Of a stretch of DNA of 64,000 bases, positions 57,817-64,000 are shown piece by piece. This DNA comes from Pecten maximus (lineage: Eukaryota). The stretch covers positions 19,964,001-20,028,000 of the forward strand of contig NC_047028.1 in NCBI RefSeq assembly GCF_902652985.1. The letters are read 5' to 3'. The notes under the pieces were generated by a model that was not told where the DNA came from, made no database searches, and saw nothing but the letters and a program-made list of their open reading frames with translations. Both the position numbers and the translations under genes were made by a program. How positions within the stretch are numbered: the stretch's first letter is position 1; each line of letters starts with the position of its first letter.

Positions 57817-58294
57817 AATCAAGTTCATATAATTCCAGTTTACATGTAATGTTGTATAGGGGTATAACTTCTACAGAATTTGAAGTTGAAACTTCAAAAA
57901 TATAGTACTTTACTTCTATACATTTATTTTATTGTGTAAAGACAATTGACATGCATGTATTTGCATTGCATATTGTTTACATTAATTATGCAAATGTACT
58001 TTTATACTATAATAATAAAAGGTAGTATCATTCTGTAGAACTCAGAATTTATATATCCAAAATATATACTGGTAGTAATTCTCCAGTGCAGGTGAATATG
58101 AAAGTCTAGATCTGTGGCCATTATTTTTCATTTCTCAAAAAAATGGTCAGAAATGGTTGAGCCAAAGCTTTTCTTTCTAGAGCATGGATGAAAATAATGG
58201 TCAAACAAAGTCAATGGTATTTCAATGGCATTTAAATGGTTCACCTGTGAGTAAACCATTTTTTTGTACCATTGAAAGACCATTGATCTGAAAA

Positions 58295-61200
58295 GTGAAA
58301 ATATCGTTATTCTGTTGTACTCGTAAAACATATGTCATATTCAACGGGAAACCAAACGCCATTAAAACAAAAATAATGACGGTTTGGAAATCATCGCAAT
58401 AAGAGGACTGAAAATGAACAATTTGTTCGTGATGCAATAAAATATATCTATCCACTTTAAATTCAAAAGATAAAATTAGAAACTAAAACGTTTAGAAGGC
58501 GGAATAATGTTTTACGTATGGTACCTGTAGTATTGTCTTTTTAGGAGATGCAGCATCTCTGAAGACAACTTAACAATTGCCAACATTATAATGAGGGTCG
58601 TTTCGAGAATCACAGGCCTCAAAAAAAAAAAAAAAAAAAAGGGGGAGGGGGGATTCGAAGTTCTTTACAAACCTACCATTATTACTGACCGACCATGCAT
58701 CATCCTCTCGCAAACAGAGTTTGGCAGCCCTTAATACCAGCATACTAAGAAACAATATTAGGTCCCTTGGTTAGTAAGAAATTGTTTAAAGAAAACACGA
58801 ATTTTGACTTGTTACATTGAAAGTCGGTAAAAGATCATTCATTTGAACAGAATTGATAACTCTTCATCCCAGCATGTTGCATGCACAGTAACAGTAGACA
58901 TCGAGCCTTTTGGTTATTGAGAAGAAATGAAGGGAAAAGTTGACAACGTATGGCGGACACTGTGCCATGCCATAAGCTCAATCATTTGGCCTTTCTGGGG
59001 TTTTTGGCTTAAGGCCCTTCTCATTTTAGCTATGAAGCGTGGTCCTTTTTGATTTTTTTTATCCAGTTAATCAAGCCCCAAATAAGGAATATTTTCAAAA
59101 ATTAATATATACGTTCTACTTTTGATGAAAAGATATTGTAAGGCCTGTTAAAATATCTAGACCGGCGATACATGCCCTTTGCCCATATTGTCAGTAACTT
59201 AACTAAATTAAATGAATTCCTTGTTAAATTACTATTAACAAATATATCAATCTTCATTTTATTAACGAACTATCTAGATAAGCCATACATGCCCTTTGCC
59301 CATATTGTCACTTAACTAAATTAAATGAATTCCTTGTAAAATCACTATACGTGTTAGACTTAGATAGATTAGAAACTACAGTAAGTAAAAGAAACAGAAT
59401 TGAACACAACTACAGAGGTAAGTTGACATTTTCTTTATTGCCTCTACTTTTGATTATAACAGTGATATAACATACTACATACATACACACAGGATAAGGC
59501 ATGTGGTGGTGATGACAATGCTACACCCAACCCTGGGCACTTCACAGTGATTGGTCAGAAAAATCTGTGAATGTTGGTGATTGGTCAGAGCCTAGCAACA
59601 TGGGCACTTAACAATGATTGGCCAATGTCTAGCAACCCTGGATAACTCACAACGATTGGTCAGTACTTTGCAATCATGGATACTTTGCAACAATTGGTCA
59701 GTGCCTTGCAAACTTGGGCACTTCATAATGATTGGTCAGTAACCTAGAAACCCTGGACACTTCACAACAGTTGGTCAGTACCTAGGAATCCTGGACACTT
59801 TACAACGATTGGTCAGTGCCTAGGAAACCCTGGCCACTTCACAACAATTGGTCAGTACCTAGAAAACCCTGGACACTTCACAACGATTGGTCAATGTACC
59901 ATTTAACATCTGGCCAGCATTGATTGGTTAATTAAAATCTTCAAAGTATAAACTTAGTTTCCACATCATTGTTTTGCCTTAAATGGTTCCAATGTACTAC
60001 ATCCGACATATAGATATCATTTTTATTTTATCTGTATGTTGACAAAAAACCAAAAGTGCTGAATACATTTTCAAAATGACTTGATTGCAATGTGAGTGTA
60101 TGACTGATAGACCAATCCCTGTGAGTGGCCTTCAGATGTACCTCCCGACTACACACTATCAGTGTATTTCTATACAGACAAGCCGATACATTATACTCCT
60201 ACAAAGTCCAATAAAACACAACAACATGACTAGGTATGAAGGAGAGAAGGGAACACAGTTCTATTTCAATCAACAATCTAGGTCAGGGCTGTGCTTGATT
60301 TGTTGTATGCCGGTCTTTAATGGAATGTGCCAGTCACTTGATAGGGGCATGCCAGTCTTGTTGATTTTGCCAATGAGTGGCTACCCAGTCAAGCCGGATT
60401 CTTTGCCACTGTACAAATCAAGCAGAGCCTATTGAGGAAGTGGTTGACATGAGACACCAGTATCATGGTAGATTGATAACAGTTTTGATAAAATTTGTTA
60501 AGTTAATTGTATTTCTATTTGATGGAATGTTCAAAGATAAAATGTACGAACATTATTATAAAATGAATTCCCAATACATCTATTACCTGAAAAGGGGCAA
60601 GAACAAATTTTCTTCAAACATTGCAGTTGTAACTTGACTTGTCTCTTTGAGATCCAGCTCATTTTTTTTAAACAAATAATATTTTCGTATTAAGAATATT
60701 TAATCTTTATCTTAAAACAGTTCTAATTAAAATATTTCCATTTAATGCAGGTAAAGTTAAAGAAAGTCAGCCATGCCACAGAATAGCAAGTATCATATTA
60801 AAAGTAATTAAAGTTCAATGATGAAAAGTTCAAAAAGATTTAAAGTTCTATAAATGCAAATACATTGTAGTATGATATCACCACAAAAATAGTATGTAGC
60901 AATCCAAATGTCTAACATATAATATTTATCATGCAATAAGCCCTTGTGTCAAACATTACATACCAATGAAACAGCGTTCATTCCCATTTCTATTTTAAAC
61001 TAAAATAGATATGGGTGGGCTTATCGCCAACCATGGGCTTATTGCAGAATATGATACATATATGAAATACTGATAATATATTTGTCGTACAATTGTTGTT
61101 TTTTTTTTACATAAATTGTTAAAAAAAAAAACAGATCATCTTTATTCAGAAACACATTTTTCTTTCTCAAATTTGTTAATCAACTTTATTATTTATATTT

Positions 61201-64000
61201 TTCATAGGACAAAACATTCACGTCAATATTCCTTATTTTCCAAATCTGGCCTAAATTCTGTTGTATCTTAAATATTGTCTGCATTCATTTTTTAGTTTAC
61301 ATCAGGTTTTGTGCTTTGTATACAGTAGATGAAACATTGGATATCATTGATCATTTTGATGCCATCATATACACAATATGTGATGAATCTCATATGTTTT
61401 CATCTAATAGCTAAAATTTGGTCTATAGTAGGAATGTTCTTTAATTTATGTTGATGAAAAGCATACTGATTCCCTTTTAATACTACCAGATGTAATGCTT
61501 TTTATACATTAATCATTTCAAATTTTAGGAAATTGATAAAAAAATTACAAAAAAAAATTACGAAAGACACTTAATATATAAAATCTACGAAAGCAGTTAA
61601 TTTGAAATTTTTCTTTAAATAAAAACAAATCATTAAAATCTGTTTTTAAAATCTAAAATATCTCACCACACTAGGTTTACTTCAGGTGTTAAACATGTAT
61701 GCATTTGATGCATGGAATATATCAAACATACTTTTTAAATGTACAGTAACTTTCCTTTACGTAATGAATGCACATACTGCAGGTATATTTTTCTACAGGA
61801 AAAAAAAGTATAAACACTCTACTGTATTCTTTCAAGTGATACAACAAAATCAGTTTTCTTTCAAGTGATACAATAAAATCACAACATTTTTTTCACATTG
61901 CATACTGAGAAATGCACATTTGGATAGCAGCTTTGGCGCAAGAGCCATTTATTTTCTTTTTCAAAATTATAACTTTCTGTTTAATGCCCGAATTATGTAC
62001 ATGTATATCATTAGCAGTACACCTCCATATGATAAGAACAAATAGTATTCAATTTTTATGTGAAATGAATTTTACTTTTTAACAAAACAAGAGCAGAACA
62101 GAAACAGCAATAGTGCATTCAAGATTGTGAATTCCAGGATTGAGTCAGTGTATTTTCTTTTCAAATCGATCAAATCATTGGTGATACAATAAGAATTTAT
62201 TCATTTCAGAATTAAAATAGTTTTTGAATCTCCTTCCGACACAATTTTGATGGCAGGAAGTTTTACAAACCAGACAGAAAATATCCTGTACCATATCATA
62301 CACTCTAGTTTGAGTTCTATAAAATGTAGCACAAGCTCAAATCCAAATTTTTTTTAAACTAGACAGCCGTACATGATTGTCAAAATCATTTTACACAGAC
62401 TGTCAACTCAGAAATCACTTTAAAATGCATTCCTACAACACCTATCCCGCTTTTGCATTCTCCCATACATTATTTTCTTTATCATTTTTCAGATTTCCTC
62501 TTGATTTTCATTTGTATTGCCAAATCCTTTTTTCAATGCCAAAAACTCCCCAGACCAAATAGTGGAGGTACAATGTATAATATGGTTTTACTGACAAATA
62601 CTGGTAGTACAATCTGTATATAAATAATAAGGTTTTACTGAAAATAGTGGCAGTATAACAAGGTTTTATGGAGAATAATATATTGATCTCTGTTTTAATA
62701 CTGGAAATATATTGGCTAAGATTTAAATACAGGTAAATGAATATCTGAAAAATACAATAATGACAAAATTATTTCCTCTGAAGCAAACATATGATACAAA
62801 CATAATCAGTTTAAAACACAATATCTTCCTCTACCTCAATGCTTAATACCACCGAGTTACAAAACAAATAAAACTTCATTAAAATCACTACAGTTATTAC
62901 ATTGTAGAATTGAAAACTGATGTTCCTAACTTTGCATGTACAGCAAATATTCTGGCAGCAATTCAACATGATGACACCTTGTATACAAACCAGACACACA
63001 TCACAGACAGTTTTATATAATTTGTCTTTCAATCATGATATGCGAGGCGGAACATGTGTTGTATGTGTGTGTATATACCTGTCGATCATGTACATGAGCG
63101 ATACTCTTCACATGTTAATAATACTATCAACATTCTGGCAAATATGTGGCAACATTTACACTGCTATGTTTAGTAACTTCTCACATCTTTATCAAGAACA
63201 CAAAAAAATATATATCAGCAAAAATGGGATGGAGTCTAACACACATAAAACCATGCATATATTTCATTTTTCAAATGTATCATAAAACAACAACAGATTA
63301 ACACACAAGTAATATACCTAAATTATTTGTAGTAATGTATCAAAAAATAAACTTAAAACATGATTAATTATTATTAGTAAAAGAAATAAATGGTTTCAAA
63401 CCAGTAAATAAAAGGGTAATTCAGAATTATTACAGTCTATCTGCCTAGATGACCACTCAACAAAATAAAAACGTTTTGACCAATGGTATCATCTATTAAA
63501 ATGTTTTGACCAATGGTATTACTAACCTATTGTATTAGATTTTAAATTTCCATGAATATTATAAGAAAAACCTATAGAACCCATAACATTGGAAGAACCA
63601 AAGGACCAATAAGAAACTTTATAACATCTAATTAGATAATTCCTGGAAAAACCAAGAGCCAATAGGCACCTTTATAGCATCCTAGACAGAACTAAGGGAG
63701 CAATAGCAAGCTTTGTAACATCCAAGATCATTGGTAAATCCAGGAACCAATAGGCAGCTACAAAACATCCTAGGCAGAACCAAGGAACCAAAAGAGAGTT
63801 TACCCCCAGAAATTATACTCTTGAGATAACTAAGGGACAAAGTTTAATTGTAAAATTTCATTTGTATAACCAAGGGACTAACAGAAGCTGTGATCATGTT
63901 ATTGAATATTGGTCACCAAAGGACCAGTTAAATATTTTTTCAACATTTAGATCTTCATTCTAATCAAAACAAATATTTGAAATTATTCCATGGAAAACAC
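58295..64000 (+). repeat. Long direct repeat, copy 2 (runs off the window end)
   Basis: Begins GTGAAAATATCGTTATTCTG, as at 39593; offset 18,702 bp at the junction. Confidence 0.97.

Larger units (their letters stand above)
47263..58294 (+). mobile_element. EnSpm/CACTA (CMC superfamily) DNA transposon, right end truncated
   Basis: Left end CCCTTAGCAAAATG follows a SINE-like tail (GGTTTATTTTGTTTAA..TCCTATTAACAGCCA). Subterminal CCATTGAA/TTCAATGG repeat clusters at 47275-47605 and 58140-58288. Contains the transposase and a divergent second gene. Confidence 0.8.

Noticed and set aside
39593-64000. Reading the long direct repeats as LTRs of a retroelement
   Set aside because: There is no gag/pol, PBS, PPT or TG...CA ends. 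The repeat starts mid-palindrome and truncates another element.

Overview
This is AT-rich, intron-containing animal DNA; the repeat types and genes suggest a mollusc, probably a bivalve (inference). Host genes, rebuilt by hand from GT-AG junctions: an 18-exon TM9SF2 (+, 2723-12722), a 5-exon cytosolic sulfotransferase (+, 21241-24670) and a class II CPD photolyase (-, 30588-36957) with an apparent 1-nt frameshift near its start. Between them lie a decayed DD34D mariner, a HERO-like RLE retrotransposon relic, a tRNA-derived SINE, HINE/MITE elements and several minisatellites. The last 25 kb is accessory. It holds an ~11 kb EnSpm/CACTA-type element (47263-58294) with an intact two-exon 960-aa transposase arranged head-to-head with a spliced, frameshifted BEN-domain gene carrying 13-aa TPSK repeats. 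The element's right end is cut off by a tandem-duplication junction with an offset of 18,702 bp, whose other breakpoint lies at the tip of a 125-bp palindrome. The duplicated segment contains two opposed CCAAT arrays around decayed, possibly viral or Polinton-like reading frames.
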